This document shows, in pieces, positions 39,644 to 57,457 of a DNA stretch of 64,000 bases. Below the pieces are notes generated by a model, which was not told the origin of the DNA, made no database searches, and saw only the letters and a program-made list of their open reading frames with translations. The stretch lies in assembly GCF_009914755.1 (NCBI RefSeq), contig NC_060926.1; one strand, given 5' to 3'. The DNA is from the human T2T-CHM13v2.0 reference genome, Homo sapiens. Both the position numbers and the translations under genes were made by a program. Position 1 is the first letter of the stretch. Every line of letters starts with the position of its first letter.

Positions 39644-40977
39644 TTCAAGAACAACAGATCCTGATAGATCAAATACAGTGAGGATGTTATTAACCATTGG
39701 ATATGGCAATGTGAAGGTCATTTGTGATCTTGACAAGAGCTGCTGATAAGAGTGGTAGGACAAAATCCTGACTATAATAGGTTCACAAGGGAATGGATAG
39801 AGAAGGATTGGCCATACTGCACACAGGTGAATCTCCTGGGGTGAAATTTGCTAAGAAAGGAAGCAAGAGAAAAAACCTGGAGTGAAAGTTGGATTCAAAG
39901 GGTTACTTTTTGGATGACCAGTAGAGAAGGAAAAAACAATGATACAGGAGACAGAGGAGACAGTTGCAGACGCAATTGAGTAAATATGAGGGAACTGGAT
40001 CTAGGGGGGCATTGGCCTTAGTTTGAAGCTACAACTTCTACCTACAGTTTATTTCTAGTAACAACAGGAAAGCGAGGATATCAATGTGGATTGAGTTGTG
40101 CATAAATTTGCTGTTTTGCTGCTGGAAGCATATGAATTGTTTGTTATCTCAAAGACATAAGAAGCAGTGTCATCAACTGAAAGGGAGTCCTCCAAATTAA
40201 GGCCAAGATGAAGATTTCATCATGCACAATTACTCACTTTATAATAGCATAACAAAGACTTACTTTATCATGTATCACTTGTTTTCTATACTCATCATAC
40301 ACAAATCTATACTGTAATATTTTTTAAGACTCTGGAATTTTCCACTATGAAAGTGTATTTCTGAGTTTCCTTAAGGAAATAAGAAAAGCATTGTAATTGG
40401 GATGATTTACTTTATTATATAAACTTTAAATGGTGTTTTATGGGATTTAAAAAAGAAAATGCTCATTATAGATATGACGGTCTATAAGCCAAACTTTTAT
40501 AAAACTTTCATAATTTCTGCAACCATAAAAGTGATCTATTTCAAAATTAGACAGCCTCACTCATTTCTACTCATTTGGGTAAAAATTTGTCAAGCAACTG
40601 AATAAAGCACAAAAGATAAGAAACAAACAATGGGAAATAATTTATTTCACTTACTGAATTAGTTAATAGAAGAAAACAAAGAAGATTATTTAAACAAAAT
40701 TTTCCTTTAAGGTAGTACCAGTAAGATATCTAGTGGTAGATGAAGAGAAAAGCCCATAATATACCCAAAAGAGGTGGTGTTTGTTTTATTATTTTCAGCA
40801 ACAAATATATAAACTAAAATTTATCAAAACAATGCTCTTGACAGAAGCATCTAAGCTTGAATGTTTTCTAAAAAAAATTTCAAAGAACTTATTATGTTTA
40901 AAATTAATTTTTAAAAATTTGCATTGTGTCTATATTAATATTTGAATGTCAATGCTTTGTGGCCTCCTGTGTCCATT

Positions 40978-41004
40978 TGTGTGTGTGTGTGTGTGTGTGT
41001 GTGT
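40978..41004. repeat. (TG)n microsatellite
   Basis: Direct read. Confidence 0.95.
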
Positions 41005-41725
41005 CCATGTGTCTGTGTGTATGCTCAAAAAGAGATAGGAGAGTAGAAAGTTAAAAGTTTATTGTTGGAAAAATTCATTGTTTGGAAGGGTTTACAGTCT
41101 GGTTGCAGAGAACATACATAGAAGAGAATAACACACAGATGTTATGTAAATGAAGATAATTTAAAACACATACAAGTGGAAGCTGACACAGTAACATGAG
41201 CTCCTAAGTGCCTGACAGTAGAGTAAGGACTTTTGAATGCCAATGGAGGAGAGTACATAGAAGTTAGTTGTAATAAGAACCCGGGTATGGCTTTCTCGGC
41301 AACATTTAAAATCGCGAATCGCTCCTTTTTTGGTATTCTGTCTTTCTTAGATTTCAAGATACTATTATTTTCTAAATTTTATGCTTTCTGTTTTTCTTGG
41401 CTTCTTTGGCCAGCTCTCCTTTCTCCCAGGAAGCAAGATTCAATATTAATTCTCTTCTTTGGCAACCACAATAGATAACCAGCACTGTTATATTAATCAT
41501 TGTTCCAAATACATTTTATTGCTTAAATCTCACAATATCCTATGAGGTAGAGATTATTATTACTGTCATCTGGCAATGAGGAAACTGAAATAAAATTACT
41601 TGCCCAAGTAATTTGCCCAATATCTTTTCAAAGTTTCTGTGCCCTTCATTTTTAGCATGAAGTCTATTTCTTACATTTAAAATATAACTTTTTTTTCCTA
41701 AATACAGAAGTAATTCACGAGGGTC

Positions 41726-42477
41726 CGTATTAGTGAGAGTTCTCCAGAGAAACAAAACCAATAGGATGATTTATTATTAGGAATTGGCTCATACAATTTT
41801 GGAGGCTGAGAAGTGCCAAGACCTGCTGTCAGCAAGCTTGGAGGCCCAGGAAAGCTGACGGTATAGTTCCAGTGCAAGTACAAGACAGAAGACAGGGGAA
41901 GACCAATATCCCAGCTTGAAGGCACTCAGGCAGAAAGAGGGGGAATTCTCTCTTGCTCAGTCTTTGTATTCTATAGTAGTCCCCCCGCTTATCTGTAGTT
42001 TCTGTTACTCAAAGTCAACCGTCATCTGAAAATATTAAATGAAAAATTCCAGAAATAAACAATTTATACCTTTTAAATTGTGTACCATTCTGAGTAGCAA
42101 CATGAAATCTCACATATACTCTCTGTGTCTTACCTGGGATATGAGTCATCCCTTCATCCAGTGTACCATGCTGTATATAGAACACACCCGTTGCTGTATA
42201 GGAAAAAAACCGTGTTTATGGGATTAGGTATGATCCAGGGTTTGAGGCATCCACTGACGACATCCACCCCAGAAATGGGGAGACTATTGTGTTTCTTCCT
42301 TCAATTAATTGCGTGAGGCCTACCCACACTGGGGAGGGCCATCTGCTCTACTCGGTTTACCAATTCACACCTTAATCTCATACAGAAACTCTTAGAGACA
42401 CACCCAGAATAATGTTTAACTAAATATTTGGGCACCCCTTGGCCCAGTCAAGTTGACACATAAAATTAACTACCACA
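41726..42477 (-). mobile_element. MLT2 (ERVL) solo LTR interrupted by MER44
   Basis: gttctccagagaaacaaaaccaatagga...agtcaagttgacacataaaattaac; TSD gggtc / gtgtc. Confidence 0.85.
41974..42289. mobile_element. MER44A-like (TcMar-Tigger)
   Basis: agtagtcccccc.cttatc ... ggggagactattg terminal repeats; aaaattccagaaataaacaatt. Confidence 0.82.
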
Positions 42478-42539
42478 GTGTCATAAAATTTTAAAACCAA
42501 TGCAAAACTAGGAATTGTTAATACCTCCTCACTTATCAT

Positions 42540-43010
42540 TTTTTGCCATCATTTATTCTGCTCCTGTTCCACTGACCTGCTTTCTGCACTTCAAACAGTC
42601 TAAGTGTTGACCCAAATTGGAAATTTTGCCCATGCTGTTTTGTCTGCTCAGAACAATTTTTCTTTCTTATCATTTAAATTTTAACTCAATTGTTACCTCC
42701 CCCAAGTGACCAAGTGATACCCTTTATCTAACATCACACTCAACCCAACCTCCCAATATTAACCTGAGAAATTCCCATTCACTTTTTATTTTGCTTTCCT
42801 GTTGTAGTTTCTTTATGGAACTCATTAACTGAGATTATCTTACTTATTTTCATTTTATCTTTTGTGTTTCTTATCTTTCTCTTCAACTAGGAGATAACCA
42901 CCACGAAGGTAAGAGCCATATCTATCTCATTCATTACTTTGTCTCCAGAACTCAGACAAGTATCTGGCACAGAGCAAATGCTTCATAAATATGGAATGCA
43001 TGAATGAATA
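42540..43010 (+). mobile_element. LINE-2 3' fragment
   Basis: Ends tctggcacagagcaaatgcttcataaat..gaatgcatgaatgaat. Confidence 0.65.
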
Positions 43011-44590
43011 GGAGCTCCTAACATCTTCAGTCAACCATCCTGAACTAACCGTTGTGGCCAGCAGGTAGAATAATCTTCCTAAAACAGCACTTATCATATC
43101 ATTTCCCTGCTCAGCAGCCGTTAATGTTTTACCATGGTTTTCTGAATAGCTTACAGATTTTGGTTGACATTCAAGGCCCTAGATTATAAACAAGGGATAT
43201 TTTGGCAGCTCTAACCATTTCTCCCAAACACTCCAATGTTCAGCCAAACTTTACCAGTCACAAAGCTTCCCATTTCTATATCAAAATATTTCCCATCAGT
43301 GTAGATAAAGCTCCAATGCCACCGCTTCCATTGAGGCTTCCCTGAACACCCTAAATGAGCCAGTAGAGTTTATCTTTTTCACCTGGATTCTGATGATCCT
43401 TGCTTTATGCCACTGTATGAGAATATACAGCTTTATATGAATGTTATTTTAGCATATGCATTCTTTTCCATTATTAGAATGCAAGCATGCTGAAAACAGA
43501 GTGAGGCAGACTGGTGCAGTTGAAAGAGTGCAAACTTTGATATGGGTGAAGTAATTTACTAAAACACTCTAAAAAAATCTAAAGCACTCTTAAAATGGAG
43601 AGCCAAACATAATGTCTCTAGTAGGTTGCCTGCCATGTGTTAGGGTATCTGATAAATGTTAGTTTTCTACCTTTATTCCATATTTATCTTTATAGTTTTA
43701 TAGTGCTATTGTCACAGATATATAGCAAATATTTGCAGAATAAATTGAACAAAAATTATCTTCATAATTTCAATTTATCATGTCAGCTCCATGCCTGTGT
43801 TTTAACTTCTACATGGATAACCTGCCATTACCTCAAACTTACCACATCCCACATACGACTCCATATTGTCCTTGTTCTTCTGTTCAATTGCCTTAGTTCT
43901 GTCACTGGCAAGACTACTGCCCACTTCTCAATACATCTGAGTCACCCTATCTTTTTCATCTTCTTTATCTTCATTGCCTGCTAAATGTTTTTTTCCTGCT
44001 TACCTTTTAAGATATCTCTAGCATCTGTCTCTTTCTTTTCCCTCCATTACCACCATTCTAGTTCAGTCTCTTAGCAAAACTTAGCTAAATCAGTCTATGA
44101 AATCCCATGAAATATTAGAAAAAGTTCCAGCATTAGTACTATGTATTTAGCTTAAAGGATGGATGGTTGGATGGGTGGATGGATGTGTCAACTGACAATA
44201 GACCTAATCCCTGATATTGTGCATTAGTTTCCAAAACTGAATTTGTGATAGGGGGTTTTCAGCTATTTTAAGAGATCAAAAACTTTCCAAAACAAAATTG
44301 TTTTACTTGAATTTGAAAATTTCTATCATTAAGCAATATGAAAATTAAGTTTGCAGGTAAGTGTATTTGGAAGTGTTCTTTTTTTTTTATACTTTAAGTT
44401 TTAGGGTACATGTGCACATTGTGCAGGTTAGTTACATATGTATACATGTGCCATGCTGGTGCACTGCACCCACTAACTCGTCATCTAGCATTAGGTATAT
44501 CTCCCAATGCTATCCCTCCCCCCTCCTCCCACCCCACAACAGTCCCCAGAGTGTGATATTCCCCTTCCTGTGTCCATGTGATCTCATTGT

Positions 44591-48441
<3,851 letters not shown>

Positions 48442-48477
48442 TTAGTTGATGCAGTTTCTTCCTAGTCTCGATGGTCT

Positions 48478-49492
48478 TTACATTTTGGCATGATTTTGCA
48501 GCAGCTGGTACCGGTTGTTCCTTTCCATGTTTAGCGCTTCCTTCAGGAGCTCTTTTAGGGCAGGCCTGGTGGTGACAAAATCTCTCAGCGTTTGCTTGTC
48601 TGTAAAGGATTTTATTTCTCCTTCACTTATGAAGCTTAGTTTGGCTGGATATGAAATTCTGGGTTGAAAATTCTTTTCTTTAAGAATGTTGAATATTGGC
48701 CCCCACTCTCTTCTGGCTTGTAGGGTTTCTGCCGAGAGATCCGCTGTTAGTCTGATGGGCTTCCCTTTGAGGGTAACCCGACCTTTTTCTCTGGCTGCCC
48801 TTAACATTTTTTCCTTCATTTCAAATTTGGTGAATCTGACAATTATGGGTCTTGGAGTTGCTCTTCTCGAGAGTATCTTTGTGGCGCTCTCTGTATTTCC
48901 TGAATCTGAACATTGGCCTGCCTTGCTAGATTGGGGAAGTTCTCCTGGATAATATCCTGCAGAGTGTTTTCCAACTTGGTTCCATTCTCCCCATCACTTT
49001 CAGGTACACCAATCAGACGTAGATTTGGTCTTTTCACATACTCCCGTATTTCTTGGAGGCTTTGCTCATTTCTTTTTATTCTTTTTTCTCTAAACTTCCC
49101 TTCTCACTTCATTTCATTCATTTCATCTTCCATCGCTGATACCCTTTCTTCCAGTTGATCGCATTGCCTCCTGAGGCTTCTGCATTCTTCATGTAGTTCT
49201 CGAGCCTTGGTTTTCAGCTCCATCAGCTCCTTTAAGCACTTCTCTGTATTGGTTATTCTAGTTATACATTCTTCTAAATTTTTTTCAAGTTTTCAACTTC
49301 TTTGCCTTTGGTTTGAATGTCCTCCCGTAGCTCAGAGTAATTTGATCGTCTGAAGCCTTCTTCTCTCAGCTCATCAAAGTCATTCTCCATCCAGCTTTGT
49401 TCTGTTGCTGGTGAGGAACTGCGTTCCTTTGGAGGAGGAGAGGCACTCTGCGTTTTAGAGTTTCCAGTTTTTCTGCTCTGTTTTTTCCCCAT
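48478..49492 (-). pseudogene. L1 ORF1p, disrupted
   Basis: MGKKQSRKTGNSK start; frameshifts near 49287 and 48871, CGA>TGA at 49104-49106. Confidence 0.95.
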
Positions 49493-50399
49493 CTTTGTGG
49501 TTTTATTTACTTTTGGTCTTTGATGATGGTGATGTACAGATGGGTTTTTGGTGTGGATGTCCTTTCTGTTTGTTAGTTTTCCTTCTAACAGACAGGACCC
49601 TCAGCTGCAGGTCTGTTGGAATACCCTGCCGTGTGAGGTGTCAGTGTGCCCCTGCTGGGGGGGTGCCTCCCAGTTAGGCTGCTCAGGGGTCAGGGGTCAG
49701 GGACCCACTTGAGGAGGCAGTCTGCCTGTTCTCAGATCTCCAGCTGCGTTCTGGGAGAACCACTGCTCTCTTCAAAGCTGTCAGACAGGGACATTTAAGT
49801 CTGCAGAGGTTACTGCTGTCTTTTTGTTTGTCTGTGCCCTGCCCCCAGAGGTGGAGCCTACAGAGGCAGGCAGGCCTCCTTGAGCTGTGCTGGGTTCCGC
49901 CCAGTTCGAGCTTCCAGGCTGCTTTGTTTACCTAATCAAGCCTGGGCAATGGCGGGCGCCCCTCCCCCAGCCTCGCTGCTGCCTTGCAGTTTGATCTCAG
50001 ACTGCTGTGCTAGCAATCATCGAGACTCTGTGGGGATAGGACCCTCCGAGCCAGGTGTGGGATATAATCTGGTGGTGCGCCGTTTTTTAAACCCGTCGGA
50101 AAAGCGCAGTATTCAGGTGGGAGTGACCCGATTTTCCAGGTGCTGTCCGTCACCCCTTTCTTTGACTGGGAAAGGGAACTCCCTGACCCCTTGCACTTCC
50201 CAAGTGAGGCAATGCCTCGCCCTGCTTCGGCTCGCGCATGGTGCGCGCACCCACTGACCTGCGCCCACTGTCTGGCACTCCCTAGAGAGATGAACGCGGT
50301 ACCTCAGATGGAAATGGAGAAATCACCGTCTTCCGCGTCGCTCACGCTGGGAGCTGTAGACCGGAGCTGTTCCTATTCGGCCATCTTGGCTCCTCCCCC
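49493..50399 (-). promoter_or_regulatory. L1 5'UTR with internal sense and antisense promoters (CpG-rich, YY1 site 50378-50388)
   Basis: Complete 5'UTR, CAAGATGGCCG intact. Confidence 0.85.
49949..50257 (+). CDS. L1 ORF0, open, 102 aa (C-terminally extended)
   Basis: MAGAPPPASLLPCSLISDCCASN...RFSR matches primate ORF0; strong ATG context gcaATGg; expression unknown. Confidence 0.6.
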   Translation: MAGAPPPASLLPCSLISDCCASNHRDSVGIGPSEPGVGYNLVVRRFLNPSEKRSIQVGVTRFSRCCPSPLSLTGKGNSLTPCTSQVRQCLALLRLAHGARTH

Positions 50400-50765
50400 T
50401 GGAAGTGTTCTATACTTAAACCAACACAGAATATTTTAACTCTAAGTTAGAGCTTACCTTTTAAAGAAGCTCATCACCAGGTGCTAGCAATCACTGTCAA
50501 GGGAAATACAATGATGGAGATCAACAGTGAGCCCTGGGCCTTCAAAGGGGATGAGAACATTAACAGCTTCATATTTAAAAATCTGTATGGACTATACAGT
50601 ACCTGAATCCAAGCCAAAAATAATCATTTATTTCAAATGGTTTCATCAAATTATTCCTACAGTCTCTGTTGTTTTAAATGCACTCCGCCACAGTTTGGCA
50701 TTAGTCACACCTGATATTCTGGCAAATGCCTCTAGGCCATATATTGCCTAACTTTGCTTTCTCCT

Positions 50766-50945
50766 TGTTAGGTAGCCAGCCTCCAACACAACTTTTAACA
50801 ATTCCTGCCTACTGGTATTCATACCCTTGTATTAATTCTCTCCCAGATTATTCTAGGGTTGGTCCATGTGACCAATAGAATATGCCAGAAGTAATGCTGT
50901 GTCACTTTCAAGATTAGGTTATAAAAGATTGTAACTTCTGTCTCA
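50766..50945 (+). mobile_element. MLT1F-like LTR, 5' part only
   Basis: ggtagccagcctcc...ctggtattcatacccttgt...tgtgaccaatagaatatg..agattaggttataaaaga. Confidence 0.75.
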
Positions 50946-50949
50946 GACT

Positions 50950-53178
50950 GTACTTCAACTCACACTAATGACTACATGTGGAGTTCTCCTGAGTAGTTTA
51001 CAAGGAAGGAAAAAACTTAAGCTTGGTTTACAGGTGATTCTGCATGATATTCAGACAACGTCCAAAAGTGAATGGCTGTAGCCTCTGCTTCATTCGGGGA
51101 TGACCCTGAAGGACAGTGGTGAAGGAAAATACTCTGACTTACAGAACTCTGAGCAGTGTGCCTAGCTGTTTATTTTTCCTAGAAAGAAAGATGCCCAGAG
51201 ATATTGATATGCACCAACTCATGGGCTATGTCTAATGGTTTGACTGGATGAGCAGGGACTTGGATGATTGGAAAATGGATGGGAATGAAGTCTAAGGAAG
51301 AAATATATGAATAAAGCCTTCCAAATGGGAACAGAGCGTAAAGATATTTACATTCCATGTGGAGGCTCACCAAAGGGTACCTCAGTAGCATAAGATTTTA
51401 TTAATCAGGTAGATAAAATGACCCTTGACCATAAAATGTGGATTTCAATCAGCCTCCTCCTTCAGTCACTCCTGCCAATGTCCATTGGGTTCATGAACAA
51501 AGCATCAAGGATGAAGGGTTTGCATAAGCTCAACAGCATGGACTTTCACCCACCAGGGCTGATTTAGCTACAGCCATTCCTGGATGCCTGGTCTACCAAT
51601 AGCAGAGACCAACACCGAAACCCTCATATGGCACCTCCTGGAGGGATTAATCAACTTCCTGGCATAAAGTAGACCACATTAAACCACTTCTGTAATGGGG
51701 CTGGCGAGACTTGTTCCTAAGAGAATAGATATGGACTTGCCTACTCTGACCGCAATTTTTTAGGCAAAACTACCAGACGGCCTTATCTACTATCATGCAA
51801 TTCCACACAGCATCTCTTCTGCCCATGGAAGTAACCACAGCAAATGAAATGCAGCAAGACAGTAATACACACAGAATTTATTCATGGTCTTACCATATTC
51901 CCATTATCCTGAAGACACTGGCTTCATAGAAGGGTGTGATGGCCTTTTGAAGACTCAGTTATGGTGTCAGCTGGGTGGCAACACCTTGTGAAGCTGAGGT
52001 AACATCCTTTATGATGGGTTGAAATGGCTAATACATTGTCCTGTGTTTGTGATAGCCAAAATCTGCAAGTTCAGGAATCAAGAGGTGGAAATGAGAGTGA
52101 TATTGCTCCTAGTGATCTTATAGCAAAAGGATGGCTTCCTGTTTCTACAGTTTTGGGCTTTGCTGGTGTAGAGACCAAGTATTTTCAAAGAGAGGACAGC
52201 TTCCACCAGGGGACACAATAATGACTCCATTGAATGGGAAGTTGAGACTGCCATCTAGTCAGCTTGAGCTTGCATGCTTGTGAATCAACAGGCAAGGAAG
52301 TGAACGGCTGTAGTAATTGATCCTGACTATCGATGGAAATCGAGTAGCTACTACACAATGGAAATAAGGAGGAATAAGTCTGGAATGCAGGAGATTCTCT
52401 GCAGGATTTTCTACGTCCTGTGATTAAAATAAATGGAAAACTACCACAACCCAATTGAGGCAGAACTGTTAACAGTCCAGACCCTCCAGGAATAAAAGTT
52501 TGCCTCACCCCATCCATCAGACTGTGAACTACATTGGGTGTTAGCTTTTTGCTGAGGGCAAAGAGAATATGAAACAAATGGTGAAAAAAGGTGGTTATAA
52601 ATACAAGCTATGACCAAGCGACCAGTTGCATAAATGAAAACTGTAATCGTTATATTTCTTGCATATTTTGAAAAAAACATGAATGAGCTAGAACGGAATT
52701 TGACAAACTTTTTAAGCAAAAAGCCAGACAGTAAATATTTTGGACTTTTTTAGGATTTGTGGGCCATGTACAGTCTCTGCTACATATTTTTTTATTTTAT
52801 TCTTTTTTGACAATCTTTAATTTAAAAATAATGTTATTTTATATTTTATTTGTTATTTTCATCCTATTGGTATATTATTAAATCATCATAAAATACTTTG
52901 AAACAAAACTTTTAGCTCTCAGGCTGTATAAAAACAGGTTAAGGGATGAATTTTGCTTACAGGCCATAGTTTTCCAACCCTTAGACTAGAAGAAGAATAA
53001 CCATTATCCACAGACAAAAACAAAACTTTGTGTTGTCTTCTGGGAAAAGGCTTAGCATGTTTTCCTTGTATGCTGAATAAGTGCATTGTGTTAGGCATAA
53101 TGTCATTACTGTTTCTATTTGGAGATTAAGTATAGTTTAAGAAAATATGTCCGGGTGCCAAAGTGACAAGTTGTGGAC
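50950..53178 (+). mobile_element. ERVL internal remnant (RNase H, integrase, dUTPase-like, 3' region)
   Basis: Degenerate AWFTGDSA, SGEGK, NSWAMSNGL, SYHIPHYPE, GLLKTQL and PLNGKLRLP motifs of ERVL pol. Confidence 0.8.
52700..52982. mobile_element. MER58-like
   Basis: caaactttt..aagccagacagtaaatatttt...ggccatagttt.ccaaccc. Confidence 0.75.
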
Positions 53179-53740
53179 TGGTAGCTTTGTAATGTGTCAA
53201 CTTGGTTAGATTGAATGACATTTCCCAGAATTCCCTTCCCAGTATGTTGCCAGTTAGAGTAGGCCACAAGTGAATCTTATGCACGATTTGGAGGGTAGAA
53301 GAAGAGAAGCAACAGCAGTTGTTCTGAATGCTCACACACATTGTCACTGGCATGGAGCAGTAGCCAAATCTGCAACTGCCCCACCTTCTCCTGAATCCCC
53401 AGATGATGAAGAATGCCAGCTTCTCCTGTAGACACTCGTACTATCAACATCAGAACAATGGAAACTGCCATCTTATGCTTGTGGGTCCCAGCTAGCTCTT
53501 GCACTTCCCTACTTTCCATCTTACCTTCCTAACTCTGCTTTCCCTGCAGACTTTGAGCTCCAGCATAGCTCTCAAAGGCAACAGCCTTGCAGAGACTATC
53601 CAGTGAGCTTCCAAAATTGTGTAATGTCAAACCCCAGTAACAAATGTCTTTTTAAAATGTATATATCTGTGTATCTATGTGTGTATGTATGTGTGTAATA
53701 TATAAAATCTCCTAATGGCTTTGCTTCTCTAACTGATATA
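53179..53740 (+). mobile_element. MLT2F-like 3' LTR of the ERVL remnant
   Basis: tgtaatgtgtcaacttgg..catttcccagaattccctt, directly following the ERVL internal end. Confidence 0.75.
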
Positions 53741-55206
53741 CCCTGCTATCTGAGTTTAGTGGTGTCTTATCTCTGAGAGCTGTTATACTATTTCCATCTC
53801 CAACTAGGAGAACCAAGAAGCAGTGAGTCTTTGTATATTGGAATTCTGAGCTTGATATATTTTCCTTATTCTGAGTGTGCAGTAAAATAATGTGGCTACT
53901 GTTAAGAGAATTCCATACTTTCGAGCTCAACAAAAATGTTTTAAGATATAAATTTTGCATAGTGATCGTTTATTGCACCAAATTACTTCCTTATTATCTT
54001 TCTCTCATTCAGAGAGATCCCAGTTATGGAATGCATAGATTTCTGCATACTATTTATTTACAAAACCATAATAAAATTATATTTTAACGCAAACAATTAT
54101 AGACAACCTGTAATCTTATTTGGCACTCTTCTCTTATTTGTCTCTATGCTAGTAATCTCATACTTTCACTAAACAGTTCCTATCAAGCTTACTTTGTATC
54201 CTGTGGTCAGCTTACTACAGTGCAAAGCCAATTACTCTTGGATAATAGACTTACACTCTTATTTGTAGCCGTATCTATTCCTATGGAACATACCTGGTGA
54301 AATCTCTCCCAGATCCAAATTGCTTTTGTCTCAGGATTCCTGGTCCTGAAATGTTATGATTTACCATCTGAAGAGTGAAACAATATATTACCATGTGGTG
54401 GCAGGAACAAAGGAGACACAGCTAAGGGGGAGAGGAGACAAAAATAAAGACTTAAGGAAAACATAATAGTAATAAAAATAAGTTGCTAACACATGTTTTA
54501 CATAGATTCTGTGCTACACATTATGCTATGCTTTTAAAAAAGCATATTTTCAGTGTATCAGGAAATATTTATTAAATAAGTACTTTTAATCTTTGATTAC
54601 GAAATATTTTCTATAATATCATAAGTAAATTTTTAAAAAACTAACATCTATGCATAAGAAATGGAACATTATCAACAGCTTGAAAGTCCTCTATATCCCC
54701 TTCTTGATGCATCATCCTGATTTCCATCATGTCCAAATGTAGGTACAGATCTGAATTTTGTGTTTCTTATTTTCTTGCTTTTCTTTATCATTTGGCCTCA
54801 TGTATATGTATCCTGAAACAATGTATTTAGCTTTGCTTGTCTTTATACTTCATATAGATGGAATTAAATTACATATATTCAGTGATTTCCTTTTTTACTC
54901 AACCTTATGCTTGTGAGATGAATCTATGTTCTGTGTGTGTGTGTACTTGGGGCTTATTCATTTTCACTATTGTGGACTTTCTGACTATACCTGACTTTAT
55001 TTATCCACTCATCTATCAATAGATACCTGAGTTATTTGCTATTCTGTTTTTTCCATGATTAAAATTAATTCTACAATAAACATTCTTGAATGTATCCTTT
55101 GATCAACATGTGTTAGTGATTTTCTTTTGCCCATAAGTGTTTCCTGGATTTGTTTCCACTCTACAAGTTATTTCTATATTGTTTTCCAAAGCAGCTGCAA
55201 CTATAC

Positions 55207-55240
<34 letters not shown>

Positions 55241-55753
55241 GTATATATGCCCACCAGCATTATTAAAAAGAAATTCCTTTTGTTATATTTTTTCAATGTT
55301 TCACAATCTGGTGGGTGTGAAATTAAAGCCACATTGAAGTTAAATTTGCATTTTCCCAACTATTAAAGGGGTTGAACATTGTTTCATATGTTCATTGGCT
55401 ACTTGTTTTCCATCTTCTTTGAAATGTCAGTTCATATTTGTTGCCTTTTTTTAACTACTTTTTTTTTTCTTAAGAATTTTTAGCACTTGTTTATATATTC
55501 TGGAAGCTAAGCCTATGTCCATTATGCACAACAAATAACTTCTTTCATTTTGTGGCTTATTATTTAGGTTTCTTTATGGTATCTGTTAATTAGCAAAAGT
55601 TCTTAATTTTAATATGCTTGAATGTATCAATCAATCTTTCCTTTATGGCTAGTACTGTTTATGGAAATATTACTTACCCTGAGCTCTTAAATAGTTCGTA
55701 TTTTCCTTTAAGTTCTGGCATTGCCTTTCACATTTAATTACTTAATCCACTTC

Positions 55754-56427
<674 letters not shown>

Positions 56428-56958
56428 AGGAATTAATTTTTGTATGGTTAAGAAAGATGGAATTCATTGCCTCATATGAATAAACAATGGTCCAAGTTCC
56501 ATGTATTGAATAAATCCAGCCTTTCCTCATTGACCTGCATTGCCATATCTGTCATATATCAAGTTTCCAAATATGTCTGGGAATGCACCTGGAGTTTCTA
56601 TTCCATTCCAAGCATCTATCCCTGTACCAGTACAGATGGTTTTAGTTATTGGTGTTAGGATAAATCTTGTCATGGAGTAGAACGAGAATCTCCACTTTAT
56701 TCTGCTTTGTCAAGAACTTCTTGTCTTGGATCTTCACTCTTCTATATGGAATTTAGGATCAGCCTCATAAACTTTATGAAAAGCTTTATGAGATTCTTTT
56801 ATTGAAGTTGCTTTGAAACAATAGATAAACTGGGGAAAAATTGACATCCTCATAATATAAAGGCTTCTTACCCATTTGTTTGTACTTACTTGGTGTTTTT
56901 CAGTAAAGGTCTATAATTTTATGCAGAAAAGCATGAAATCCAAAACTTAGATAGCATT

Positions 56959-57457
56959 TGTGGTAGGCAGAATAATGCCCCTTCCCCAACCCCCAAATGT
57001 CAATGTACTAATTCCCAGAACCTGTTAATATGTTACCTTAAATGACAAAAGGGACTTTGCAGATGGGATTAGGGTAAAGGACTTTGAGATGAGATGATCC
57101 TGTTTTACCCAAGTGCATCCAACTGAATCACATGAATACTTAAAAGTGAGGACCATTCCTGGCTGTGGTCAGAGGAAGATGTGACTGCACAGAATGATCA
57201 GAAAATACACTTTGAAGATGGAAGAAGAGGAACATGAACCAAGAAATGTAGGAGGCCTATGAATCTTGTAATGGCAAGGCAAAGATTCTCCCCTTAAAGC
57301 CTCCAGAAATGAATGCGGTGTTGCTGACATGAAGATTTTAACCCAATGAGACCTGTGTCAAACTCCTAGCTACTAAACTGTAAGATAATAAATTTATATT
57401 CTTTTAAGCCATTGAATTTGTGGCAATTTGTTATGGCAGCAATAGAAAACTAATAAA
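56959..57457 (+). mobile_element. MLT1D solo LTR
   Basis: tgtggtaggcagaataat...gcagcaatagaaaactaat; 5-bp TSD gcatt. Confidence 0.9.

Larger units (their letters stand above)
38440..40190 (-). mobile_element. LINE-2 (long fragment) interrupted by MLT1C
   Basis: atataaatttgggggtcatcag, gaaggtcatttgtgatcttgacaagagc motifs. Confidence 0.7.

Noticed and set aside
50950-52700. Domesticated ERVL integrase or dUTPase gene
   Set aside because: Many stops and frameshifts; no long sense ORF in the track.
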